In this document: piece after piece, positions 7,856 through 16,453 of the stretch
Numbering within the stretch: the first letter of the stretch is position 1
Layout of the letters: every line of letters begins with the position of its first letter
Origin: Candidatus Eiseniibacteriota bacterium
GTDB lineage: Bacteria; Eisenbacteria; RBG-16-71-46
Length of the DNA stretch: 64,000 nucleotides
Direction: 5' to 3'
Assembly: GCA_963744995.1 (NCBI GenBank)
Contig: CAVUWA010000002.1
Coordinates: 763,302 to 827,301, forward strand
The notes under the pieces: generated by a model
What the model saw: the letters and a program-made list of their open reading frames with translations, nothing else
Database searches by the model: none
What the model was told of the DNA's origin: nothing
Made by a program: the position numbers and the translations under genes

Positions 7856-8958
7856 GGCGCGCGCTCGCGCGCGTGGCACTCGCCGTCTGCGCCGCGCTCC
7901 TGCTGGGCGCCTCCAACGCCTGCTCGGATCTGCGCATCACCCCGGTCGGCCGGTTCGACTTCGAAGGTGGTGCGAGCGCGAACCCTGCGCGCGTCGGTGA
8001 GGAGCTGAGCGGGCTGGTGCGCCTCGCCGGCGACACCTACGTCGCGGTGAGCGATGAACACGCCTGCGCGCACGTGCTGCGCATCGAGGTCGATCCCGAC
8101 TCGGGATCGATCCGCGCCGCGACCTTCCTGCGCGCGATCCCGCTCACCGACGCCGCCGGCGTGAGTCTCGAAGACGGTCACGGACCTTCGGATCGCGAAG
8201 GCGTCGCGATCGACACCACGGCGGGACTCCTGTGGATCGCGCACGAGTCGGCCGGGCCCGGCACGGCCGGTCCGGCGATCGCCGCATACGGACTGGACGA
8301 CGGGCGCCTGCGCCGCGAAATCGACCCGGCATCCGCGCCCGCTCTGGCGGTCTACGCGAACATCCGCGCCAACCGCGGTTTCGAGTCGCTCACCCGCCGC
8401 GCCGACGGCGGCGGGGCGTGGACCGCGAACGAAGAGGCGCTCACGGTCGACGGCCCGGCCCCGTCGGCGACCGCGGGCACGCTCGTGCGGCTCGAGCGCA
8501 TGGACGGCGCGTTCCGGCCGCTCGCCCAGTACGCGTATGAAGTGGATCCGCTGGACGGGCCGATCACGTTCCCGCCGCAGCTCGCCGGCCGCGAGGTCAG
8601 CGGCGTCAGCGACCTGCTCGCACTGCCCGACGGCTCGCTGCTGGTGCTCGAGCGCGAATTCGCCGCGGGCGCGAGCGGCATTCCGTCGAACCGCATCCGC
8701 ATCTATCTCGCCGACTGGAAGAACGCGACCGACGTGTCGAAGGGGAAATTCGCAGGCGGTCTCGCCGGGCGTGCGTTCAGGCCGGTGCGGAAGAAGCGCC
8801 TCGCCGAGCTGACCTTTCCGCTCAGCAACTCGAACTTCGAAGGAATCGCGCTCGGCCCGCGCCTTGCGAACGGCGACCACAGTCTGCTGCTGGTCGCCGA
8901 CAACCAGGCGGGCACCATGCAGGCGCTGTACGCACTGCGGCTCGCCGGGCTGAAGTAG
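7852..8958 (+). CDS. Secreted protein of the 'esterase-like activity of phytase' beta-propeller family
   Basis: Signal peptide LRRALARVALAVCAALLLGASNAC from a TTG start. ...SGLVRLAGDTYVAVSDE..., ...SNFEGIALGP... pattern. Start is uncertain (TTG 7852 or downstream GTG). Confidence 0.65.
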   Translation: MRRALARVALAVCAALLLGASNACSDLRITPVGRFDFEGGASANPARVGEELSGLVRLAGDTYVAVSDEHACAHVLRIEVDPDSGSIRAATFLRAIPLTDAAGVSLEDGHGPSDREGVAIDTTAGLLWIAHESAGPGTAGPAIAAYGLDDGRLRREIDPASAPALAVYANIRANRGFESLTRRADGGGAWTANEEALTVDGPAPSATAGTLVRLERMDGAFRPLAQYAYEVDPLDGPITFPPQLAGREVSGVSDLLALPDGSLLVLEREFAAGASGIPSNRIRIYLADWKNATDVSKGKFAGGLAGRAFRPVRKKRLAELTFPLSNSNFEGIALGPRLANGDHSLLLVADNQAGTMQALYALRLAGLK

Positions 8959-9024
8959 CGGACGGAGGCGGGACGCCCCGCCGGTCCGCCCGGAGATCGC
9001 CGGCGCGCGGGACGCGGCTTCGAC

Positions 9025-9306
9025 TCAACCGCCGCTGATCGCCGGGATGATCGAGATCTCGTCGCGGTCGGCGAGCGGCGTCCCGAGTCCGCCCGTGTAG
9101 CGGATGCTCTCGTCGCCGACGAACACGTTGACGTGCGGGCGCACCTCGCCGGTCTCGGTGACGACGCGATCGCGGACGCCGGGATGCACGGCCCACACCT
9201 GCTCGAGGGCGGCGCGAACCGTGGCCGGGACCGCGTCGAGCTGCACGCGGTCCCGGCCGCCGGTGAACTGGCGCAGGTAGCCCGGAATGTGGACGACGAC
9301 GCCCAC
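9025..9306 (-). CDS. MoaD/ThiS-family beta-grasp sulfur-carrier-like protein ending in Gly-Gly
   Basis: 93 aa with C-terminus ...IIPAISGG. GTG start overlaps the stop of the upstream BNR-repeat gene by 1 nt (TAGTG). Confidence 0.8.
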   Translation of the reverse strand: MGVVVHIPGYLRQFTGGRDRVQLDAVPATVRAALEQVWAVHPGVRDRVVTETGEVRPHVNVFVGDESIRYTGGLGTPLADRDEISIIPAISGG

Positions 9307-10625
9307 TACTTCTTCTTCGGGCGCCGCGCCGGCTTACGCTTCGCCGCCGCCTTCTTTTTCGCCGGCCGCCGGGCCGCGCGCGCGGGTTTGCGCGGCGCCG
9401 CCTTCTTCACGGACTTCTGCTTCGCGGCCTTCCTCGCCGGCTTCTTCTTCGCAGCGGACTTCTGCTTCGCCCCGCCCGCCTTCGGTACCCGGATCTTCGC
9501 CGGATCGCCCACCGCGTATGCCTTGACGCACACCACCGGGGGCAGGCCGCCGAGCACCTCGCCCCAGTGCGCGCCGCCGTCCGCCGAGCCGTAGACCGAC
9601 CCGCTGCGGGTGCCGAAGTAGATTCCGGCCGGGTTCAGCGGGTCGGTGCTCATCGCATCGCGCAGGATCGTCTCGAGCGCGTTCGCCTGCGGGAGACCCG
9701 CGGTGAGGGCTTCCCACTTGCCGCCGCCGTCGCGCGTCCGGTACACGCGCAGCCTGCCCTCGGGCGTGCAGCGGAACTGATCGGACTCGAGCGGCACGAT
9801 GTACGCCGTCTCGGGGTCGTGCGGGTGCACGACGATCGGAAAGCCGAAGTCGCTCGGCACGCCGTTCGCCACGTCCTGCCACGAACGGCCGAAGTCGTCG
9901 GAGCGGTAGAGGCCCCAGTGGTTCTGCAGGTACAGGCGGTCGGGTTTCGCCGGGTTCATGGCGATCTTGTGCACGCACTGTCCGAACTCCGGGTACTTGT
10001 CCGGCATGAACTCGGCGCGGATGCCTTTGTTGCTCACTTCCCAGGTGCGGCCGCCGTCCTCGGTGCGGTAGACGCCGGCCGCCGAGACCGCGATCAGCAT
10101 GCGCTCGGGGCGCGCCGGATCCTGCACGATCGTGTGCAGGCACAGACCGCCCGCGCCCGGCTGCCAGCGCGGGCGATGCTCGTGGTTCCAGAGCCCTTCG
10201 TTGAGCGCCCAGGTCGCGCCGCCGTCATGCGACGCGAACAGCGCCGCCGGCTGCACGCCGGCATACAGCGTGTCCGGCTCCTCCGCGCGGCCCGGCAGGA
10301 TCTGCCAGATGCGCGCGATCGAGGCGCCGGTCTCCTCCGGGAACTTGACCGCGTAGCGGTCGGGCTCGGTCCAGGAGCGGCCGAAGTCGTCGGTGTGGGC
10401 GAGGGCGGTGCCCCAGAATTCGCTGCCGGGCGAGGCCCACACGCGGCGGCGGCTCGCGCGCTGGTCGTACGCCATCGCGTAGACGGCCATGCCGGGGAAG
10501 TACGGCCCGCCGACATCCCACTTCCTGCGTGCCGCGTTCGAACGCAGCACGAACGCGCCTTTCATGGTGCCGACGAGCAACAGGACGTCGCCGTCCTTGA
10601 CCGAAGCGTGCCGAACGGTGGCCAT
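9306..10625 (-). CDS. BNR/Asp-box repeat protein (sialidase/glycosyl-hydrolase-like beta-propeller) with a ~60-aa Lys/Ala/Pro-rich C-terminal tail
   Basis: Multiple S-x-D-x-G-x-T-W motifs (SHDGGATW, TEDGGRTW, SDDFGRSW, TRDGGGKW, SADGGAHW). Tail is ...KQKSAAKKKPARKAAKQKSVKKAAPRKPARAARRPAKKKAAAKRKPARRPKKK. Confidence 0.8.
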   Translation of the reverse strand: MATVRHASVKDGDVLLLVGTMKGAFVLRSNAARRKWDVGGPYFPGMAVYAMAYDQRASRRRVWASPGSEFWGTALAHTDDFGRSWTEPDRYAVKFPEETGASIARIWQILPGRAEEPDTLYAGVQPAALFASHDGGATWALNEGLWNHEHRPRWQPGAGGLCLHTIVQDPARPERMLIAVSAAGVYRTEDGGRTWEVSNKGIRAEFMPDKYPEFGQCVHKIAMNPAKPDRLYLQNHWGLYRSDDFGRSWQDVANGVPSDFGFPIVVHPHDPETAYIVPLESDQFRCTPEGRLRVYRTRDGGGKWEALTAGLPQANALETILRDAMSTDPLNPAGIYFGTRSGSVYGSADGGAHWGEVLGGLPPVVCVKAYAVGDPAKIRVPKAGGAKQKSAAKKKPARKAAKQKSVKKAAPRKPARAARRPAKKKAAAKRKPARRPKKK

Positions 10626-10776
10626 GCATCCTCCCGATGGATCAGTTCAGCCGGCGCGGAGCCGGTGTGGCGATCAGGGCGTCTGAGCGGGGACGGGGCC
10701 AGACGCTAATGGCTTCCGCTCGCGGGTCGCAAGGCGAGAATGGCGAACGGGGGTCGGGGCCCGACGGACGGACCTG

Positions 10777-10808
10777 CGCCGGGACCGGGGCGGGCACCGG
10801 TCCCGGCG
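10777..10808 (-). terminator. GC-rich hairpin (12-bp stem cgccgggaccgg/ccggtcccggcg, 8-nt loop) immediately downstream of the Memo-like gene
   Basis: Inverted repeat seen directly. It shares the ccggtccc/gggaccgg core with the hairpin at 2334-2359. Confidence 0.35.
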
Positions 10809-10833
10809 CGTCTGCCGGTGCGGTGGGCGAGGC

Positions 10834-12234
10834 TCAGCGCCATTCCATCGCGGCCACGCTGACGAAGCTCGTGTCGGGCTCCGCCGAGCGCTCGTAGTGG
10901 AGCAGCCGGCCGCCGGGCGGCGCGGGCCCCAGCATCTCGAGCATCACGTACATGGGTGCGAAACCGCAGATCCGGGTCGAGTCCTGATGGGCCGCGATCG
11001 TCGTGAACCACTTCCCGGGGTCGCCACTGCGGGCCGCCGCGAGCGCGTCACGATCGATCTTCTCGACGTCGAGAGTGGTGCGCTCGTCGACCGACGGGTC
11101 GCCGAAGCGCGGGCCGACGTGGGAGAAGTCCACCGAGGCGAGCAGCACCGTGTCCCCGCCCTGCTCCGCGGCCGTCGCCTTGAGCGCGGCGAGCAGCGCC
11201 TGGAAGCCCGCGTCGTCGCCCGGCGTCCTGCCGTCCTCGACGAGGTGGTGGAATCCGCCGACGAGGATCGGAACGATCCTGATGCGATCGCCGAGCCGGT
11301 GCCGGAGGTAGAGCGCCGCGAACTCGATCGAGTGTTCCTCGCGGTGGCCGAGTTCGCCGTGCCAGGCATCCGCGCCGATGCGCGCCGCGAGCGCGTCCAC
11401 GAACGCGGTGTCGGTCTCGACGCGGCCGAGAGGGGTGTCGTAGTGCTTGCGCGTGAGCGCGAAGAGATCGTCGAACAGGGAGTGCCCGGTGCCGAGCACG
11501 ACGACCCGCAGCGGGCCGCCGCTCGCATCGCCGAGCGGCAGGATGCCCTGGGCGATCGTCGCTCCGGTGCGGCGCGGGTCGAGGTGGGGCACCATGACGG
11601 CGCGTGGCCGTGCGTTCCCGGTACCGGCCGGCTCCTCGGCCGGCACGCGCTCGGCTGCCGCGGCGAACTGCGCGTCGAGATACTGCTTCAGCTGCTCCGG
11701 CTCCGCGGGGTAGGAGCGGCCCGCGAAGACCGCGTGGCGGATCTCGAGCGGGTGGTACTCGTCGCGCAGCGCCTGGTAGGCCTGCTCGAAGCGCGGCGAT
11801 TCGAGCATCAGCATCTCGTCGAGCTGCGCCACGAACTCACGCACCATGTTGCCGACACGGATGTCCTTGTTCTCGCGCATGAGGGCCGCGGTGATGTCGG
11901 TGATCGAGGTGCGGCCGTCGAAGAGCTGCATGAGCCCCAGCGCCTCGATCGCCAGCACCGGCTGGCCGGGAATCACGCCGAGCGGGTCGTTTATCACCAG
12001 CAGCTCGCGTTCTCCATCCCGTACGGGCATCAGCATGAGGGGCCTCAGCCGCGGGAACTCGGGGATGTCTTCGGCCTCCTCGCGGGCGACGCCCGGGGGC
12101 AGAATGATGCGCGGGCCCTGCTCCGGCCCGGCCGGGTCCCCGGCCGCGCCGCCGGGCCCGCCCGTGGGGCCTGGCTCCTGTTCCTGTCCCGGAATGATGA
12201 TCCTGCCGGGGCGCTTCGGGTCGTTTTCGGACAT
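10834..12234 (-). CDS. AmmeMemoRadiSam system protein B (Memo1-like) with a ~190-aa N-terminal extension resembling a PqqD/RRE winged-helix domain
   Basis: The C-terminal 270 aa are Memo-like (AGRSYPAEPEQLKQYL..., HLDP..., GTGHS..., ...DFSHVG). N-terminal LVINDPLGVIPGQPVLAIEALGLMQLFDGRTSITDITAALMRE...FVAQLDEMLMLE is PqqD-like. Confidence 0.8.
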   Translation of the reverse strand: MSENDPKRPGRIIIPGQEQEPGPTGGPGGAAGDPAGPEQGPRIILPPGVAREEAEDIPEFPRLRPLMLMPVRDGERELLVINDPLGVIPGQPVLAIEALGLMQLFDGRTSITDITAALMRENKDIRVGNMVREFVAQLDEMLMLESPRFEQAYQALRDEYHPLEIRHAVFAGRSYPAEPEQLKQYLDAQFAAAAERVPAEEPAGTGNARPRAVMVPHLDPRRTGATIAQGILPLGDASGGPLRVVVLGTGHSLFDDLFALTRKHYDTPLGRVETDTAFVDALAARIGADAWHGELGHREEHSIEFAALYLRHRLGDRIRIVPILVGGFHHLVEDGRTPGDDAGFQALLAALKATAAEQGGDTVLLASVDFSHVGPRFGDPSVDERTTLDVEKIDRDALAAARSGDPGKWFTTIAAHQDSTRICGFAPMYVMLEMLGPAPPGGRLLHYERSAEPDTSFVSVAAMEWR

Positions 12235-12390
12235 CGTTTCTCCAGATCTGGAAGGGTCAGCGCGGGAGTGTAGCGGCTCTCGTCGCGCCGGGAAAACACT
12301 GGGCGTGGCCCCCGCGCGTGCCGAAAACAGGAAAATGCGTGCGGCAGCGGTGAATTTCGTTCATATTCTGCACTCGGGCCAAGAAGGCTC

Positions 12391-13347
12391 GTGTCGTGGT
12401 TCCACACTTCGACTGAAACCGCCTGGACGCGGTTCGGGGCCGGGCCGATTCGCGCCCCGCGCCGGGAGGAAGCACCGCCGGTGAATCCATCCGACGGAGC
12501 CGTACCCGCCACCGCCATCGAACTTCGCATCAACAAAGCGCTCACGCTGCCGGGCCGTGCCTGGTGCGCCGAAGCGCCGCGCGCGCTGGTCGCGATCGTG
12601 CACGGGCTGGGCGAGCACTGCGGCCGCTACGCCGCGCTCGGCTCCGATCTGGTCAAGAAGCGCTACACCGTGGTCGCGCTGGACCTGCCCGGCCACGGCG
12701 AAGCACCGGGACCGCGCGGCGACTTTCCCTCCTGGGACCAGGTGCGCGATCACATCGTGCCCGCCATGTTCACGGCGTCCCGCGGCCTGCCCGGCCAGCC
12801 GTTCGATCTGCCGGTGATCCTGATCGGCCACAGCATGGGAGGCGTGATCGCGCTCGACTATGCGCTCGCGCATCCGCGCACGCTGCTCGCCGTCGTCGCT
12901 TCCGGGCCGGCGCTGCGCTCGACCATGCCGCCGTGGTGGAAACTCGCGCTGGCCAACGTCGCCAAGGCGACCGCCCCGTCCATCGGATTCGCGCACGGGC
13001 TGGACGAGAGCGGCATCTCGCGCGATCCCGAGGTCATGAAGGCGCGCGCCGAGGATCCGCTGATGCACGACCGCATCAGCCCGCGTCTGTACTTCGCGCT
13101 GCGCGAGGCGCAGCAGCGCGTGCTGCGCGAAGCGCGCCAGCTGCAGGTTCCGACCCTGCTCCAGCAGGGCGCCGCCGACCGCGTGGTGGACCCGCGCGGC
13201 GCGCTGGAGTTCAACGGCGCGGCGCCGCACGGCATGGCGCGGCTGATCACCTACCAGGACGGCTATCACGAGGTCTACAACGACCTCAGCCGCGGAAAGG
13301 CGATCCAGGATCTGGTGGGATGGATGGAGGCGGTGGTGGTGGTGTAG
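12391..13347 (+). CDS. Alpha/beta hydrolase (lysophospholipase/monoacylglycerol-lipase-like)
   Basis: HGLGEHCGRY, nucleophile elbow GHSMGG, C-terminal ...DGYHEV. GTG start preceded by AAGAAGG. Confidence 0.8.
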   Translation: MSWFHTSTETAWTRFGAGPIRAPRREEAPPVNPSDGAVPATAIELRINKALTLPGRAWCAEAPRALVAIVHGLGEHCGRYAALGSDLVKKRYTVVALDLPGHGEAPGPRGDFPSWDQVRDHIVPAMFTASRGLPGQPFDLPVILIGHSMGGVIALDYALAHPRTLLAVVASGPALRSTMPPWWKLALANVAKATAPSIGFAHGLDESGISRDPEVMKARAEDPLMHDRISPRLYFALREAQQRVLREARQLQVPTLLQQGAADRVVDPRGALEFNGAAPHGMARLITYQDGYHEVYNDLSRGKAIQDLVGWMEAVVVV

Positions 13348-13370
13348 CGTCGCTGGTAGATTCCGGCCCC

Positions 13371-14033
13371 ATGCGTTCGAGCCCTCGAACTCCTCCATCC
13401 CTTTCGGCAGCGGCCTCGCTTGCGGTGCTGCTGCTGATCCCTGCGGTGCCCCGCGCGGCAGTCGCGGAGCCCGCGCGGGCCGAGCCCCGGCTGCGAATCG
13501 CCACCACGGGTGTCGTGCACGCCGGCGACGTGATCGAGATCGCTTTCGAGGGCGACGTCGAAGAGGTGCGTGAGTTCGAGATCCTGATGTCGCTCGACGG
13601 CGGGCATCACTACAAGATGCAGATCACGCCCGAGCTGAACGCGTACACGCCGCGCTTTTTCTGGCGCGTGCCCGACGTCGAATGCCCGGAGCTGCGCCTC
13701 AAGCTCCGCTACCACCGCGATGGGCGCGAGCGTGAGGCTTCGACCGATGCGGCGCTGCACGTGATCGCGCGCGGGGACGATCCGGCCACCTGGCGCACCG
13801 TGCCCCTGGCCGCCGATGCCGGCGAGACGCCGCGGCCCCTGCGTCGCGGCGAATCGAATCCCGGTGGTCCACAGGGCGCGGGCGCCGATCGCGAGAGGGC
13901 CGTCGCCGAGCCCACCCCGCGGTCGGACGGTGTCCCGGTCGCGCGCCCCGCGACGCCGGCGCTGCGGGCCGACGCCTTCCGCCGTCCCGCACGCGTCCGC
14001 GCGACGCCGCTCTACACGCCGCCGCGGAATTGA
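13371..14033 (+). CDS. Secreted hypothetical protein
   Basis: ATG 13371 begins MRSSPRTPPSLSAAASLAVLLLIPAVPRAAVAEP, a signal peptide. No known domain. Confidence 0.5.
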   Translation: MRSSPRTPPSLSAAASLAVLLLIPAVPRAAVAEPARAEPRLRIATTGVVHAGDVIEIAFEGDVEEVREFEILMSLDGGHHYKMQITPELNAYTPRFFWRVPDVECPELRLKLRYHRDGREREASTDAALHVIARGDDPATWRTVPLAADAGETPRPLRRGESNPGGPQGAGADRERAVAEPTPRSDGVPVARPATPALRADAFRRPARVRATPLYTPPRN

Positions 14034-14158
14034 TCCCCGCTTCCAGCGGAGTCGCCCCTTCCATCTGACTCGTCGTGCCCGCCGCGGCGGGGCGCGTGCA
14101 TGCGCCCGGCCGCCGCGAGCGCATGCATTCGACCGAAAGGAACGGAATCTTGAACGTC

Positions 14159-16303
14159 ATGATCCCGTCTCACCCGCTCGGGCGGGCGCTCGCATGCCTT
14201 GCCCTGACCTTCGCCCTCGCGGGCCCGCCGTCGCCGGCCCGGGCCGCCGATGCGCCGCCCGACACCATGGTCGTCCAGCATCCCGAGGTCGTCGTCTCGG
14301 CGACACGCACGCCGCGCAAGCAGGTGGACCTGCCGAACGCGACGGCAGTGGTCACCGGGGCGGAGCTCCGGCGGCGCGGCGTGCGCACGCTCGCCGAGGC
14401 GCTGCAGGGCGTCGCCGGCCTCGACACCGGCGAGGGCTCGGACAACGGCGGCCGTCTGCCCAACGTCGGCATGTGGGGCCTCAAGGAATTCGACGCGCTG
14501 CTGTTCACCCTCAACGGCGTGCCGGTCGGCGGTCCTTTCAACCCGTCGCTCGCGCAGATCCCGATCGAGGACATCGAGCGCATCGAGGTGCTCAAGGGAC
14601 CGCAGGGCACGATGTACGGGGTTTCGGCTTTCGCCGGAATGATCTCGGTTTACACACGGCAGCCGGCATCGGGCGGCGAGATCGCCGCGGGCGGCGGCTC
14701 GTTCGAACAGGGCGGCGGCCACTTCAACTGGGGCAGGTCGCTGCCCGACGGGCAGCGCGTGAGCGCGAACGGATCCTTCTACCGGACCGGCGGCTGGCAG
14801 GATCGCACCGAAGGCGAGTCGTTCCGCGGCGGCCTCACCTATGGGTTCGATCTCGGCGAGGGCCGCATGACGCTGGACCTCATGGGCGTGAATGACGAGC
14901 AGGACTGGGGCTCGCCGCTGCCGTACGAGGACGGTGTTCTGCTGAAGGGCTTCAGGATCGACCGCAACTACGCGGTCGGCGGCGCCGAGGTCAAGCATCG
15001 TGTGTTCGGCGCGACGTCGCGGCTCACCTGGCCGGTGGGCGCTGCGCATCGCTTCGAGAACACGCTCGGCTGGACGAGCGACAGGCAGGATTACCTGCGC
15101 AGCTTCCCGGGCGAGGTCATGGGCGGCGACACCCTGGAGTCCACGGCGCTCGAGTTGGAGCCCACCGAGAGCTCGCTCTACGAAGACGCGCGCTTCCTCG
15201 CAAACTTCGAGGCCGGCGGGCGCCACGAGCTGGTGACGGGGGCCTCGCTCACCTGGGGCGAGACGAAGGGCGACGGTCGCGAGTTCGAGTTCGACCAGCT
15301 GCTGTCGGCATATCCGATGATCCCGTCGGCTGCTCGAATCGCGGGCGGCGACGATCGCGAATTCGAGGACCGGCGCACGTTCTTCGGCCTCTATGCCCAT
15401 GATGCATGGACGCCGCACGAGCGGCTGACGCTCGAGGGAGGCCTGCGCTTCGACGCGGTGCGCGAAGAGCTCGAGACCGAAGCGGATCTGGCGGGCGGGC
15501 CCGTGCCGGTCCGCGACGAGCGCGAGGACTCGGACGTCTCGGGTGACGTGTCGGCGCTCGTGCGCCTGCTGCCGAAGGCAGGTGTGAAGGACGTGCAGAC
15601 GGTGAACCTGTACGGCTCGGTGCGACGCGCGTTCAAGCCGGCGGCGCCGAATCTCGCCGAGGCCGAGGCCGCGGAGATTCTCGAGCCCGAGCATACGACT
15701 TCGTGGGAAGTCGGCATGAAGACACGTGCGTTCCGACAGGTGGCGCTCGATCTGTCGTATTTCGACATGACGTTCGAGAACGTAGTCGTGTCGATCCTCG
15801 GCGCCGGCGGCGGGCCCGAGCTCACCAACGCGGGCAAGGAGCGTTTCAAGGGCTTCGAAGCTTCGCTGCACTGGGCGCCGGCGATGCTGTCCGGCAGCTC
15901 GATCGACGTCGGCTACGCCCACCACGACGCGCGCTTCGTGGACTTCACGTTCGTGACCCCCGACAGCGTGCTGCGCGACGTGGGCGGCAACCGGCTCGAG
16001 CTGGTGCCGCGCGAGATGGTGAACGTGCGGATCAACGGACGCTCGCCGCTGGGCCTCGGCGCGTGGGCGGCGTTGCGCTACCAGGGGGAGCGGCCGTTCA
16101 ACCGGCGCAACACGTTCTTCGCCGACGCGTTCACCGAGTGGGACGCGGGCGCATCGTACGAGCGCGGCGCGTGGCGGGTGGCGGTCACCGGTCGCAACCT
16201 CGGCGACGACCGTCACGTCGTCACCGAGAGCGAGATCGGCGATTCGCAGTTCTACGTCGCGCCGCCCAGGCGGGTGACGGGGGAGGTCGCGTGGCGATTC
16301 TAG
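14159..16303 (+). CDS. TonB-dependent outer-membrane receptor
   Basis: Signal peptide, plug domain (VVVSATRTPRK..., ...IERIEVLKGPQGTMYG), barrel with terminal ...GEVAWRF. Start uncertain (ATG 14159 vs 14123). Confidence 0.85.
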   Translation: MIPSHPLGRALACLALTFALAGPPSPARAADAPPDTMVVQHPEVVVSATRTPRKQVDLPNATAVVTGAELRRRGVRTLAEALQGVAGLDTGEGSDNGGRLPNVGMWGLKEFDALLFTLNGVPVGGPFNPSLAQIPIEDIERIEVLKGPQGTMYGVSAFAGMISVYTRQPASGGEIAAGGGSFEQGGGHFNWGRSLPDGQRVSANGSFYRTGGWQDRTEGESFRGGLTYGFDLGEGRMTLDLMGVNDEQDWGSPLPYEDGVLLKGFRIDRNYAVGGAEVKHRVFGATSRLTWPVGAAHRFENTLGWTSDRQDYLRSFPGEVMGGDTLESTALELEPTESSLYEDARFLANFEAGGRHELVTGASLTWGETKGDGREFEFDQLLSAYPMIPSAARIAGGDDREFEDRRTFFGLYAHDAWTPHERLTLEGGLRFDAVREELETEADLAGGPVPVRDEREDSDVSGDVSALVRLLPKAGVKDVQTVNLYGSVRRAFKPAAPNLAEAEAAEILEPEHTTSWEVGMKTRAFRQVALDLSYFDMTFENVVVSILGAGGGPELTNAGKERFKGFEASLHWAPAMLSGSSIDVGYAHHDARFVDFTFVTPDSVLRDVGGNRLELVPREMVNVRINGRSPLGLGAWAALRYQGERPFNRRNTFFADAFTEWDAGASYERGAWRVAVTGRNLGDDRHVVTESEIGDSQFYVAPPRRVTGEVAWRF

Positions 16304-16453
16304 GGTGAAGCGTCGCGGCGCGGAGTGAAGTCCGACCCCGCGCCGCCGGCAGCGTTCTGCGGGCGAGCACGGCCGCGTTTCGGCCGGCGCCAGCGCCACC
16401 GGCGGTCTGCGGGTCGCGTTTGCGCTGACCCGCAAATCCGCTACCTTCGCGCG

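Noticed and set aside
6646-8880. 744-aa minus-strand ORF and the 6332..7855 plus ORF
   Set aside because: They span several real genes (EVE, ICMT, phytase-like) on the other frame or strand and have arginine-rich junk composition. Only the 7409..7855 tail was kept as a tentative gene.
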